64,000 bases of DNA from Candidatus Anderseniibacteriota bacterium (GCA_046350905.1 JAXLZN010000004.1:6026-70025), one strand, 5' to 3'; shown: positions 28,272 through 37,990, numbered from the stretch's first letter. The notes: generated by a model from the letters alone, not told the origin. Made by a program: numbers and translations.

Positions 28272-30014
28272 CTAGGCCGTGCCGCCGGACTGTTCGCGCC
28301 AGAGGGCGGCGTAGAGGCCGCCAGCTTTGACGAGCGCGTCGTGCGTGCCGGTCTCGACGACGCGGCCCTGCTCGAGCACGTAGATGCGCTGCGCGTGCAG
28401 GATGGTCGAGAGGCGGTGGGCGACCAGCACGGTCGTGGTGCTGGTGCGAGCGCGCTCGAGGTCGCGGATCGTGGCGGTGATGTCGCGCTCGGTCAGCGAG
28501 TCGAGGCTGCTGGTGGCCTCGTCAAAGATGATCAGCTCGGGGTCGCGCAGCAGGGCACGGGCAATGGCGAGGCGCTGGCGTTCGCCACCGGAGAGCTTGA
28601 GGCCGCCCTCGCCGATCTTGGTGTCGAGGCCTCGGTCGCCGCGCTTGACGATCGGCACGGCGGCGGCTTGCTCGAGGGCGTGGCGCATGGCGCCCTCGCT
28701 GGCGTCGGGCCGGACAAAGAGGAGGTTCTCGCGAATCGTGCCCGCGAAGAGCTGCGTCTCCTGCGTCACCAGGCCGATGCGCTGGCGGAACGCCTCGAGG
28801 TCGATCTCCGGAAAGTTGATGCCGTTGTAGCGCAGCTGGCCCCCAGTCGGGCGGTAGAGGCCGACCAGCAGCTTGACGATGGTGGTCTTGCCCGAGCCGG
28901 ACGGGCCGACAAAGGCGATCGTCTCCCCGGCGTTGATGTGCAGCGAGATCCCGGCGAGCGCCTCGCGCGTGCCGCTGCCGTAGCGGAAGTGCACCTGCTC
29001 GAGGTCGATGCGTTCGAGCGAACCGATACGCCGGGGCGCGGCCGGCTTGGGCTCCGGCGGCGTGTCCATGACCTGCTCGACCGCCGCGTTGCTGGCCTTG
29101 GCTTCCTGGTACTGCGTCGCCACGCTGCTGAACTGGTTGAGCGGCCCAAAGATAAAGAAGGTGTAGACCGAGAGCGAGAAGAGTTCGCCCACGGTGAGCG
29201 AACCCTCAAAGACTAGCCACACCATCACGAGGATGAGCGTGACGCGCACCGCGTTGAAGATCGTGCCGAGCCAGAACTGCCGCACGCGTACGAGCCGCAG
29301 CTTTTTGAGCTCGAGCGCCAGGACGCGGTCGTTGACGGTGTTGAGGCGGCCGACTTCTTGCGCGACCAGCCCGAGGCTCTTGGTGAGCTCCACGTTGCGC
29401 AGCGTCTCCGTGGTCGAACCCGCCAGGTCAGCCAGCTCACGGTTAATGGCTTCTTGCGACTTGCGGACGGCGCGGGTGAGGTAGTAGGCCGCGATGCCGA
29501 CGATCGGGATGATCGCGCCGTAGAGCGCGCCGACGCGCCAGTCGAGCGTAAAGGCGTAGGCCACGACGATCACGACGGTCAGCAGCGTAAGAAAGACGAC
29601 GTCGATGCCGCTCTCGATCAGGCGGCGCGTGTCGTCACGCGCTTTCTGGAGCTTCTGGAGGAGTTCGCCCGAGCGGGTGTCCTCAAAGACCGCAAAGGGG
29701 AGGGCAAAGGCGTGCGCTACGCTGCGGGCGTAGAGCGAGGCACCCACGCGCTGCGTGACCACGCCGATGAGGTAGGACTCAAAGCTGTCGATCACGCGCC
29801 AGCCGACGCCCACCGAGAGGTAGGCCGCGCCAAGGTAGACGAGGCCCTGGAGAAATTCGGTGCGGGTAAAGTCCGCCGCGTGCGTGGCGTAGCGGTCGAT
29901 CAGGATGCGGAAGATCTGCGGATCGAGCATCGAGAGCAGCTGGCTGACCGCGGCTGCGACGAGCGCACCGATCAAGGCCCGGCGGTGCTGCTTGAGGTAG
30001 GTCCAGAGGCGCAT
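28272..30014 (-). CDS. ABC transporter, fused permease-ATPase exporter (MsbA-like)
   Basis: Six TM helices followed by a Walker A 'GPSGSGKTT', the ABC signature 'LSGGERQRLAIARAL' and a Walker B 'LIIFDEATSSLD'. Intact 580 aa. Confidence 0.9.
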   Translation of the reverse strand: MRLWTYLKQHRRALIGALVAAAVSQLLSMLDPQIFRILIDRYATHAADFTRTEFLQGLVYLGAAYLSVGVGWRVIDSFESYLIGVVTQRVGASLYARSVAHAFALPFAVFEDTRSGELLQKLQKARDDTRRLIESGIDVVFLTLLTVVIVVAYAFTLDWRVGALYGAIIPIVGIAAYYLTRAVRKSQEAINRELADLAGSTTETLRNVELTKSLGLVAQEVGRLNTVNDRVLALELKKLRLVRVRQFWLGTIFNAVRVTLILVMVWLVFEGSLTVGELFSLSVYTFFIFGPLNQFSSVATQYQEAKASNAAVEQVMDTPPEPKPAAPRRIGSLERIDLEQVHFRYGSGTREALAGISLHINAGETIAFVGPSGSGKTTIVKLLVGLYRPTGGQLRYNGINFPEIDLEAFRQRIGLVTQETQLFAGTIRENLLFVRPDASEGAMRHALEQAAAVPIVKRGDRGLDTKIGEGGLKLSGGERQRLAIARALLRDPELIIFDEATSSLDSLTERDITATIRDLERARTSTTTVLVAHRLSTILHAQRIYVLEQGRVVETGTHDALVKAGGLYAALWREQSGGTA

Positions 30015-30061
30015 GCGGGTGGCCTAGCGCACCTGCGCTTTGTGTTCGCCAGGCATGTAGA

Positions 30062-30858
30062 ATGCCCGTGCGTAGCTGCATGAAAATCTTCCCTCATCGC
30101 GCTCATCGTCGGCATCGTAGTCGTGGGCATTGCTGTCACGCTCCTCCTGATGCTCGGCAGGCCGGTCGCCACGGTGAATTCCAGAGGCGTAGACCTCGGC
30201 TACCGCTCCAACCTCGCTCCAGCAAGCCCTCAACCTCGTCAACGCAGCTCCGCGCGCACGTACCAGCGTCGCTGCCGAAGATGCCACCGGCAAGGTGGTC
30301 AACCACGATCTTGTAGCACCAGATGCAACTGCCGCGCAGAACCTCGTGCCGTTCTTGGCGATCGACCAGATGTACGTGTGCGACCCACTCGGCGCCTGCA
30401 AGGTTGCCACGGTGCCACTCAACGCTGGCGAGCAAGCCGTTGTCGCCGGTACGAGCGAAGTTTCTGCTCGCGCCGTACAACGCCGACGCCCCAACCGGCC
30501 CGGTGCAAATGTTCGACAAGATCTACGGCCGTGCAATCTTTGGCCCCACCGGCCACGGGCGAACGCTGGTACCGCGAGATCGACCTCGGCACGTCCTGAG
30601 CGGCCCTATCGAAGTCACCATCACGCGCGGTACGCACCACTGCAACTCGTTCGTCAGCACGACCTCAGCGCCTGCGCACATTGTGGCTACGCGCTCGACA
30701 ACTCAACGTGTGACGGCGACGGCCAACCCATCGTGGTGCGTTGGGCGGCCCTCCTCTTTGAAAACGACGTTCAATCGTGCGCCTTGCCGCAGCCCCAGGG
30801 GTGCGGGTCGCGAGCGCCCCCATCACCGTGCTGCCCTACAAGCGCAAGGGCTAAACAG
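30062..30858 (+). pseudogene. Degraded or frameshifted gene for an N-terminally membrane-anchored protein of unknown function. It has at least three frame changes and lies directly adjacent to the ssrA 3' end.
   Basis: The frame fragments read 'MKIF..SLIALIVGIVVVGIAVTLLLMLGRPVATVNSRGVDLGYRSNLAPAS', then 'LQQALNLVNAAPRARTSVAAEDATGKVVNHDLVAPDATAAQNLVPFLAIDQMYVCDPLGACKVATVPLNAGEQAVVAGTSE', then 'KFLLAPYNADAPTGPVQMFDKIYGRAIFGPTGHG', then 'ERWYREIDLGTS*'. A possible further Cys-rich continuation is 'CAHCGYALDNSTCDGDGQPIVVRWAALLFEND'. Confidence 0.3.
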
Positions 30859-30965
30859 TGATCTACGGCGACGACCAAGAACGCCTACCAGGCTCAGGTA
30901 CTGGGCGGCCCTGCTGGCCGCCAACGGTTTACGTTTGGGCGGAAAATTATCGGAAAGTCGTATCC

Positions 30966-31366
30966 TGGTGGAGATGGCGGGAATCGAACCCGCGTGGAGC
31001 TAGGCCAACCAGTCCGGTGCTACGTGCCCTAGTCGACCTGAAAATTTCCGTCGGCGCTCAAGGTCGGCGCAACACGACGACGGTAGCTCCATTGGTTTCG
31101 TTCTGCGTTCGCGGAGCGACGGTGCAGGACAACCCGACTAGTTTGACACCGCGTTCGCTCCCCGTCGGGTGAGAACGTGCGATGCGTGCTGGCCTAAAAG
31201 TTAGGCGAACACGGGGGCAAACTGCAGGCCCGCGCGAACGCGAGCTGCAACCTGCTCTGCAAAGCTCTTGGCATTTGCGTAGTTGGCACGTGAGATTAAC
31301 GAGCGCCGTACCGCGCTCGGGCACGCACCAGATCCAGCAGGCTAACCCTCAAAGCCGATCATCCCC
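30966..31366 (-). ncRNA. ssrA: tmRNA (ssrA), standard and not permuted
   Basis: The 3' end GCGGGTTCGATTCCCGCCATCTCCACCA is nearly identical to the E. coli tmRNA 3' end GCGGGTTCAACTCCCGCCAGCTCCACCA. The 5' end GGGGAUGAUCGGCUUUGAGGG pairs with the 3' acceptor strand, compared with E. coli GGGGCUGAUUCUGGAUUCGACGGG. An internal reading frame follows the sequence UUAAUCUCACGU. The gene lies immediately downstream of smpB. Confidence 0.85.
31201..31287 (-). other. Predicted tmRNA tag-peptide reading frame: resume codon GCC followed by 'ANYANAKSFAEQVAARVRAGLQFAPVFA', then TAA
   Basis: Read directly on the minus strand. The first 15 codons (ANYANAKSFAEQVAA) look like a canonical tag, but no stop codon follows them. 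The frame only closes 14 codons later. Confidence 0.4.
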
Positions 31367-31452
31367 AGGGAGGTGCGAAAGATCGCAAAGCGTCTTCGCT
31401 CCTCCCTGCAGACGACCGACCCAAGGAGAGCGGCGAGGTGCCGCGTTCGCCA

Positions 31453-31481
31453 TGGATACAGAAGCGTTGTGACGATGTCAA
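31453..31481 (-). promoter_or_regulatory. Candidate ssrA promoter on the minus strand (TTGACA-(17)-TATCCA), giving an about 85-nt 5' leader that ends in an 8-bp hairpin (CAGGGAGG...CCTCCCTG) abutting the mature tmRNA 5' end
   Basis: Motifs read on the complement of 31476-31481 (-35) and 31453-31458 (-10). The hairpin lies at 31367-31409. Confidence 0.3.
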
Positions 31482-31541
31482 CGGACGTTTCCACAGCCAG
31501 CACCACCAGGTGCTGAGTCTTAGCCTAGGCGGGCCGCCACG

Positions 31542-31991
31542 TCAAGGTCGCCGTCGCAGGGCCCGCTTGATGGTTCGGTTGGACTCGCGCTCCTTGATGC
31601 GCTCGCGCTTCTCGTACTCGCGCCGGCCGCGTCCCACGGCGAACTCCAGCTTGATCAGGTTGTGCGCGCCAAACGCCCGCAGCGGCACGAGGGTGTAGCC
31701 CTCCCGGGCGACCGTGCCCTGCAGGGTGCGCAGCTCCTTCTTGGTCACGAGCAGGGCGCGGGTGCGGGTGGGTTCGTACCCAGGCTGGGGACCGGCCGGC
31801 TTGTAGGCGCTGATGTGGGCGTTGACCAGGTGCGGCCGGCCGCGGAGCATCGTCACAAAGGCGCCGGTCAGCTTGAGCCCGCCCCCGCGGATTGACTTGA
31901 CCTCGGGTCCCGTCAGGACGATCCCGGCCTCGTACTTATCGAGGATTTGGTAGTCGCCGAGGGCGCGCTTGTTGATCGCAAAGGTGGGCAT
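31542..31991 (-). CDS. smpB: SsrA-binding protein SmpB
   Basis: 'MPTFAINKRALGDYQILDKYEAGIVLTGPEVKSIRGGGLKLTGAFV...GYTLVPLRAFGAHNLIKLEFAVGRGRREYEKRE'. The ATG is the complement of 31989-31991. The 51 N-terminal codons of the track ORF are a spurious extension. Confidence 0.9.
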   Translation of the reverse strand: MPTFAINKRALGDYQILDKYEAGIVLTGPEVKSIRGGGLKLTGAFVTMLRGRPHLVNAHISAYKPAGPQPGYEPTRTRALLVTKKELRTLQGTVAREGYTLVPLRAFGAHNLIKLEFAVGRGRREYEKRERIKERESNRTIKRALRRRP

Positions 31992-32030
31992 GGTTGCTAC
32001 GGCTAGTCCGCGCCACGGTAGCACGCTAGG

Positions 32031-33767
32031 ATGGCGCGGATGACCGTTTCTGCCACCATCCAGCAGCACATCCGGCTGCTCCTGGCCGACGTCACGGGCC
32101 TTGCTGCCAGCAAGATCCCGGTCGAACACCCGGACGCCGAAACTCACGGCGACTACGCCAGCGCGGTGAGCTTTCAGCTGGCCAAGCAGCGCAAGCAGCA
32201 GCCCGCGGCGGTCGCGGCCGCACTCGCGGACAAGCTCAACGCGGCAATCAGCAAGGGCGGCACGCCGCTCGACCGTGCGGTGGCGGCGGGACCGTTCGTA
32301 AACCTGTGGCTATCGGCCGCGTACCTCGAAGAGCAGGTAGCTGAGGCGCTCGAGCCACGCCCGCAACCCGCGCCGAGCGGTGCGCCCACCATTGTCGAGT
32401 ACTGCGGGGTCAACATCGGCAAGCCCTTCTCGATCGGCCACCTGCGTTCGACCGTCAACGGGGACGCGATCGCCAACCTGCTGGCCGCGACCGGCCGCAA
32501 GGTCGTGCGCATGAACTACCTCGGCGACTGGGGCACGCAGTTCGGCAAGCTCATCGTGGGCTGGAAAAAGTGGGGCGATGCTGCAGCACTCGAGAGCGAC
32601 CCCGTGCGCGAACTCGTGCGCGTCTACGTCAAGTTTCACGAGGAGGCTGACAGGGATCCCGACCTGGTCGAGCAGGGCCGCGCCTGGTTCCGCAAGCTAG
32701 AGACCAAGGACCCCGAGGCGACCAAGCTCTGGCAGACCTTCCGCGAGGCGAGCCTGCGCAATGCCGACGCCATCCTCGCCATGCTCGAGGTCACGTTTGA
32801 CGAAGTGAGCGGGGAGGCCCAGTACGCGGATAAGCTCGACGGGGTGCTCCAGCTGCTCACCAAGAAAAAGCTGCTCAGCAAGAGCAAGGGCGCCACCATC
32901 GTCGACCTCGAAGCGGAAAAGCTCCCCCCGCTGCTGCTGCAAAAGACGGACGAGGGTTCGCTCTACGCTACGCGTGAGCTTGCAGCGGCCATCGACCGCT
33001 ACGAGCGTTACCACTTTGATGAGATGCTGTACGAGGTGGGGATTGAGCAGGAGCTGCACTTTAGGCAGGTTTTTGCCACGCTGCGCAAAGCTGGCCTGCC
33101 GTGGGCTGGCAAGCTCGAGCACGTCCCGCACAACCTCTACGCCGTCGGCGGCAAAAAGATGTCGACGCGCGCCGGCCGCGTGGCGGACATGAAGGAGATC
33201 CTCGACGAAGCGATCACGCGTGCCGACAAGGTCATCGCTGCCAAGAACCCCGATCTCAAAGACCGCGCAACCGTCGCGCGCCAGGTCGGCATCGGCGCGG
33301 TCAAGTACCACGACCTCTCGCAGAGCCGCTTGACCACGATCGAGTTCGACTTCGACCGGATGCTCTCGCTCGAGGGCAACTCGGCACCCTACCTCCAGTA
33401 CACCCACGCGCGCGTGATGAGCGTCCTGGCCCGAGCTGGCCTCACGCTCGAGCAAGTGCGCGGCCTCACGCCGCCGGCCGCGAGCGCTGCAGCCGGCGCG
33501 AACGCCCCCGAAGAGCAGCTCCTCCGCCGCCGGCTCGTGCGCTTTGACGAGGCGGTCACGCTCGCCGCTGAGCGCCGCATGCCCCACGTCCTCGCCACTG
33601 AACTCTACGAGCTCGCGACGCGCTTCAACGCGTTCTACGCCACGCAGCCCATCCTCAAGGCCGACGAGCCGGCACGAACCGCTCGCCTGCGCCTCGCCGC
33701 CGCGGTCGCTAGCCTGCTCGCCCGTGGCCTCGTTCTCCTCGGCATCCACGCGCCCGCAGAGATGTAG
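32031..33767 (+). CDS. argS: Arginine--tRNA ligase
   Basis: ArgRS catalytic core with 'GKKMSTRAG' (KMSK) and the C-terminal DALR anticodon-binding region. Intact 578 aa. Confidence 0.95.
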   Translation: MARMTVSATIQQHIRLLLADVTGLAASKIPVEHPDAETHGDYASAVSFQLAKQRKQQPAAVAAALADKLNAAISKGGTPLDRAVAAGPFVNLWLSAAYLEEQVAEALEPRPQPAPSGAPTIVEYCGVNIGKPFSIGHLRSTVNGDAIANLLAATGRKVVRMNYLGDWGTQFGKLIVGWKKWGDAAALESDPVRELVRVYVKFHEEADRDPDLVEQGRAWFRKLETKDPEATKLWQTFREASLRNADAILAMLEVTFDEVSGEAQYADKLDGVLQLLTKKKLLSKSKGATIVDLEAEKLPPLLLQKTDEGSLYATRELAAAIDRYERYHFDEMLYEVGIEQELHFRQVFATLRKAGLPWAGKLEHVPHNLYAVGGKKMSTRAGRVADMKEILDEAITRADKVIAAKNPDLKDRATVARQVGIGAVKYHDLSQSRLTTIEFDFDRMLSLEGNSAPYLQYTHARVMSVLARAGLTLEQVRGLTPPAASAAAGANAPEEQLLRRRLVRFDEAVTLAAERRMPHVLATELYELATRFNAFYATQPILKADEPARTARLRLAAAVASLLARGLVLLGIHAPAEM

Positions 33768-33786
33768 CTGCACGACGGGCGAGGCT

Positions 33787-33815
33787 TTGACAGGCACGCC
33801 TCGCCCGGGTAATGT
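33787..33815 (+). promoter_or_regulatory. Near-consensus sigma70 promoter TTGACA-(17)-TAATGT upstream of the 33929 ORF
   Basis: TTGACA at 33787-33792, a 17-nt spacer and TAATGT at 33810-33815. An about 110-nt leader follows, with two hairpins (cctgcc/ggcagg and ggtcgc/gcgacc), then a Shine-Dalgarno GGAGGT (33918-33923) 5 nt before TTG 33929. Confidence 0.5.
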
Positions 33816-33928
33816 AGCCGCCACGCAAAAGAAGCTCCTCCTGCCACGGTAGGCAGGCTGTTCTCCTTTGCGGCGTTCCGGCGGGTCGCTCCAAAGGCGA
33901 CCGAAGAAAACCAACTCGGAGGTGACGA

Positions 33929-34342
33929 TTGCCGCAAGCCATCGTCGAAGAGAATCCTGCCCCGATTCCGTACGCGGGGCTCGCACCCCGCAGGCTCGTG
34001 TACCTGGACTCAATCCGGAGTACCAACCACGTCAAGCTCCTGGAGCGTGCGCGGGTGCTGAGCCACAAGCTCGACCTTCGGTTCGAGAAGATGTTCCTCG
34101 AAGAAATCTTCCCGAACCAGTTCCGACAGGACTGCCTGGTGTTCGCTCCAGCGAACACGGGCGCGACATGCAACACAGTCCTCGGTGCCTCGCAGAATGC
34201 CAAAGCAGTTCTGCTGTGTGCTGACAACCCCCGTACCCTACGGGATCTCGGATATCAGCAGCTCGACTTCGTCCGCGTCATCAGCTTGATCGACGACGAC
34301 CGCCACCTCGAGCTGCTCACTCGTCAGCTCCTCTACCGCTAG
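33929..34342 (+). CDS. Small hypothetical protein (137 aa) with a TTG start
   Basis: Track ORF with a strong Shine-Dalgarno and promoter. Two Cys residues, no known motif. It is followed by the hairpin terminator. Confidence 0.5.
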   Translation: MPQAIVEENPAPIPYAGLAPRRLVYLDSIRSTNHVKLLERARVLSHKLDLRFEKMFLEEIFPNQFRQDCLVFAPANTGATCNTVLGASQNAKAVLLCADNPRTLRDLGYQQLDFVRVISLIDDDRHLELLTRQLLYR

Positions 34343-34359
34343 ACTCGACACCTTTCGCA

Positions 34360-34393
34360 AACGGCCGCCCCGGGCTCTCCCAGGGCGGCCGTT
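34360..34393. terminator. 11-bp GC-rich stem-loop (aacggccgccc / gggcggccgtt) between convergent genes; bidirectional terminator candidate
   Basis: The inverted repeat is read directly, 18 nt after the 33929-34342 stop. Confidence 0.45.
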
Positions 34394-34429
34394 CTCTCAG
34401 TGGGCGTGTTTGCCCCGGTCAACTACAGG

Positions 34430-34834
34430 CTAGTAGTTGAAGTTGAAGTTGCCGATCGAGTTGTTGGTCGGCAGGTTCTGCAGCAGGGAGTTGAGTGCGT
34501 TGGGCGTCTCGATGATCGAGCGCGTGAAGGTCGTTACGAAGATGAAGGCAAAGAGCACCCACACGATCGCGATTACGATCCAGAGGAAGCCCAGCACGAT
34601 GCCGGCGATGGCCATGCCGCGGCCACCTTCGCCGTTCTGCTTGATCTGGCTGAGAGCCACAAAGCCAAAGACGATCGCGAGGAGGCTCACGCCGGGCAAA
34701 AAGCCGCAGATCAGTGAGGCAATCGCAAAGCCGTTGGTGCCTTTGCCTGTGCTGGACTGGTGTCGGGGAAGTTTGGGCCATGAGAGGCTTGGTTCGTTAA
34801 GGTTAGTGCGCCCTATGCTAGCATCGCACCGCAA
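34430..34834 (-). CDS. DUF4190-like small membrane protein. The start is uncertain and the real N-terminus is probably shorter than the track ORF.
   Basis: 'GFAIASLICGFLPGVSLLAIVFGFVALSQIKQNGEGGRGMAIAGIVLGFLWIVIAIVWVLFAF' fits the DUF4190 pattern (two TM segments flanking 'aL.qIk..g..G.g.A.aG'). The track start TTG overlaps the ileS ATG. Confidence 0.45.
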   Translation of the reverse strand: MRCDASIGRTNLNEPSLSWPKLPRHQSSTGKGTNGFAIASLICGFLPGVSLLAIVFGFVALSQIKQNGEGGRGMAIAGIVLGFLWIVIAIVWVLFAFIFVTTFTRSIIETPNALNSLLQNLPTNNSIGNFNFNY

Positions 34835-37800
34835 TGGCGTTCAAGCCGGTCGACCCCCAAGCCAAGCTGCCAGCACTCGAGCACGAGACGCTCACCTTTT
34901 GGCGCGAACGCGGCATTTTGCAAAAAACGATCGACCAGCGCGAACGGGGCAGACCGGGTGCGCGCGGCGAGTGGGTTTTCTACGACGGACCACCGGGCAC
35001 CAACGGCGTGCCGCACGTCGGCCACATGCTGCAGTCGGCGCTCAAAGACGTCTGGCCGCGCTTCAAGACCATGCGGGGCTACCACGTCCTGCGCAAAGCG
35101 GGCTGGGACACCCACGGCCTGCCGATCGAGCTGCAGGCAGAAAAAGAGCTCGGCCTCGACTCTAAGCGCGACATCCACAACTACGGCATGGCCAAGTACG
35201 TGGCCTACTGCCGCAACACCGTCTTTCGCTACCAGCGCGAGTGGGAGAAAGCCATCCAGCGTATCGGTCGCTTTTTGGACACGAGCGATGCCTACGCCAC
35301 GCTGACCAACGAGTACATCCAGACAGACTGGTGGGTCATCAAGCAGGCCTGGGACAAAAAGTTCTTGTACAAGGACTTTAAGGTGCTGCCGTACTGCACG
35401 CGCTGCGGCACGGGCCTGTCGTCGCACGAGGTTGCGCAGGGTTACCAAGAGGTCACCGACACGAGCGCCTACGTCAAGCTGCGGCTGACCGGTGCGGACC
35501 ACCCCAACACCTGGCTCGTGGTCTGGACCACCACGCCCTGGACCCTCATCGCCAACGTAGCGGTCGCGGTCGGCCCAGAGGTCAAGTACGTGCGCGTGCG
35601 CCGCACCCGCGACGCCGACGGCGCACCCCTCGACGCACCTGGCCTGGACGAACGTCTGATCGTGGCCGAAGCACGCGCTGACGCGCTGCTCGGTGAGGGC
35701 AGCTACGAAGTCGAGGAGCGCTTCGACGGGCACGCGCTGGAGGGGGAGCACTACGAGCCACCCTTCGACTTTTTCAAGCCTAAGGAAAAAGCGTTCTACG
35801 TTGTCGCAGAAGATTTTGTCACGACCGAGGACGGCACCGGCTTGGTGCACCTCGCAGCGTACGGCGAGGAAGACTTCCGCGTGATCAAGAAGTACCAGCT
35901 GCCGCTGATTCAGCACCTCGACGTCGAGGGTCGCGTCAAGCCCTCGATCGAACGCTGGGCCGGCAAGAGCTTCAAGGAACTCGATAGAGAGGTCGTAGCG
36001 GACCTCAAGCAGCGCGGGCTGCTCGTGCGGGCCGAGCCGCACCAGCACAGCTACCCCTTCTGCTGGCGCTGCAAGACCCCGCTGATCTACGACGCGCAGT
36101 CGAGCTGGTTCATCAAGACCACCGCGTTCAAGAAAAAAATGATCGCGGCCAACAAGAAGATCAACTGGCAGCCAGCGCACATCCGCGACGGGCGCTTCGG
36201 CAGGTGGCTCGAGGGCAACGTGGACTGGGCGGTTTCGCGCTCACGCTTTTGGGGTTCGCCCCTGCCGGTGTGGACGTGCAAGGCGTGCGAAGAGTACACC
36301 GTGGTCGGCAGCTTGGCGGAGCTGCGTGCGCTCGCCATCGATGAGCTGCCTCCCGACGACAAGATCGACCTGCACCGGCCCTGGATCGACGAGGTCCGCT
36401 TGCGCTGCTCGCACTGCACGAGCCACGCACCGCTCGTGCGCGAACCCGATGTGCTGGACTGCTGGTTCAACGCGGGGGTGATGCCGTGGGGCCAGTGGGG
36501 CTACCCGGCCAAGCCCGGCTCCGCTGCGCTGCTCGAGTCGCAGTACCCCGCGGATTTTATTTGTGAGGCGATCGACCAAACCCGCGGCTGGTTCTACGTA
36601 CTACTGGCTGTCTCAACCATGCTGACGGGCAAGAGCCTGCTTCTAAGAACGGGATTCAAAAATTCAACCATATTTTGGACGAAAAGCGGACGTGCAAGCA
36701 GAGGAATCGGTCGGCAACGCTTCGCCGAACCTCTGCCGCTCATGGAAAAATTTGGCGCCGATGCGGTGCGCTGGTGGATGTACCGTGTTTCGCCCCTGGT
36801 TGACGCGGCGCTACAGCGATCATGAGGTGCTCGAGGGTACGGGCGCGTTGCTCCGTCCGCCTGGAACGTCCTACGCCTTCTTTATAACTTCACGCCAACG
36901 TGGATGGCTTTTCGCCGCCCCGCGTCGCATCCGCCGCGCAGCTTCAACCCACGCACGTGCTCTCTCGACCGCTGGATCCTGGGCGAACTCGACCAGCTCA
37001 TCCGTGACGTGACCGACCGCCTCGAGGCCTACGACGTGACGCCGGTGTTGCGGCGCTTCGAGCGCTTTATCGACGGCCTCTCCAACTGGTACGTGCGCTG
37101 CAGCCGCTTGCGCTTCTGGAAGTCGGCTGACGACGCCGACAAGCGTGACGCCGAGGAGACCCTCTACCACGTGCTCCTGACCCTCTTCGCGCCTGCTGGC
37201 CCCTGGACGCCGTTCGTGGCTGAGCACATCTACCGCAACTGGCGTCATGGACGGCCGCGAGTCGGTGCACTCGACGACTGGCCGAGCCTGAGCAGGCGTC
37301 GCGCAGACAAAAGCTACTCACCGAGATGGACCTGGCGCGAACCATCGTCTCGCTGCGCTGCGGGCGCGCCAAGACGCCAAGGTACGGGTTCGCCAACCGC
37401 TGGCCGTGCTGACCGGTGGCGGTTCTACCCTCGGCGACGGTGGAGGTACCCTCGTGCTCGACGAGATCAACGTCAAGAAAATCGCCTACGCTAAGCACGC
37501 CGAGGAGTCGGCACCGTAGCCAAGCTCAACCTCTTGCGGTGGCTGGCAAAAAGTACGGCGCTGAGGTCAAAGGAATTGCTGCGCAGCTCGCCGCTGGCAC
37601 GCTCAAGAAAAAGCTGGCCGACGAAGACCTGCTCGTGACCTACCGTGGCAAGCCGGGTACGGCGGTGGCGGGTGAGCGTGACGTGCTCGTGGCGCTCGAC
37701 GTCGCGCTCACGCCCGCTCCCTGGCGGACGAGGGGCTGGTGCGCGAAGTGGTTCGTGCTGGTGCAGGACCTGCGCAAGGAGGCGAGCTACGCCGTCACCG

Positions 37801-37990
37801 ACCGGATCGTGCCGAATTGCCGCTAGCACAGATGCGCGCGTTACCGCAGCAGTCGTGCTTCGTTGACTACCTCAGCGGTGAGGACGCTCGCGACGGAGGT
37901 CACGCACGAGCGGGGAAGTGCTCGATGCCCTCGAGCGACTTTGCGCTCGGTGCGTTCAAAGCCTGGCTCGGCGTACGCAAGGCCGCGTAA
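34834..37990 (+). CDS. ileS: Isoleucine--tRNA ligase. The first 590 codons are intact and the last about 460 codons are broken by at least five frameshifts.
   Basis: HIGH 'PPGTNGVPHVGHM'. Editing and CP1 domains. 'QYPADFICEAIDQTRGWFYVLL'. Then the frame breaks at the KMSKS region (about 36640-36720). The anticodon-binding region 'RWILGELDQLIRDVTDRLEAYDV...FIDGLSNWYVRCSRLRFWK' and the C-terminus 'LLVTYRGKPGTAVAGERDVLVALD...VQDLRKEASYAVTDRIV' are found in other frames. Confidence 0.9.

Noticed and set aside
32697-34013. 438-aa minus-strand ORF overlapping argS
   Set aside because: Antisense to the intact argS; spurious.
34813-36180. 455-aa minus-strand ORF overlapping ileS
   Set aside because: Antisense to ileS; spurious.
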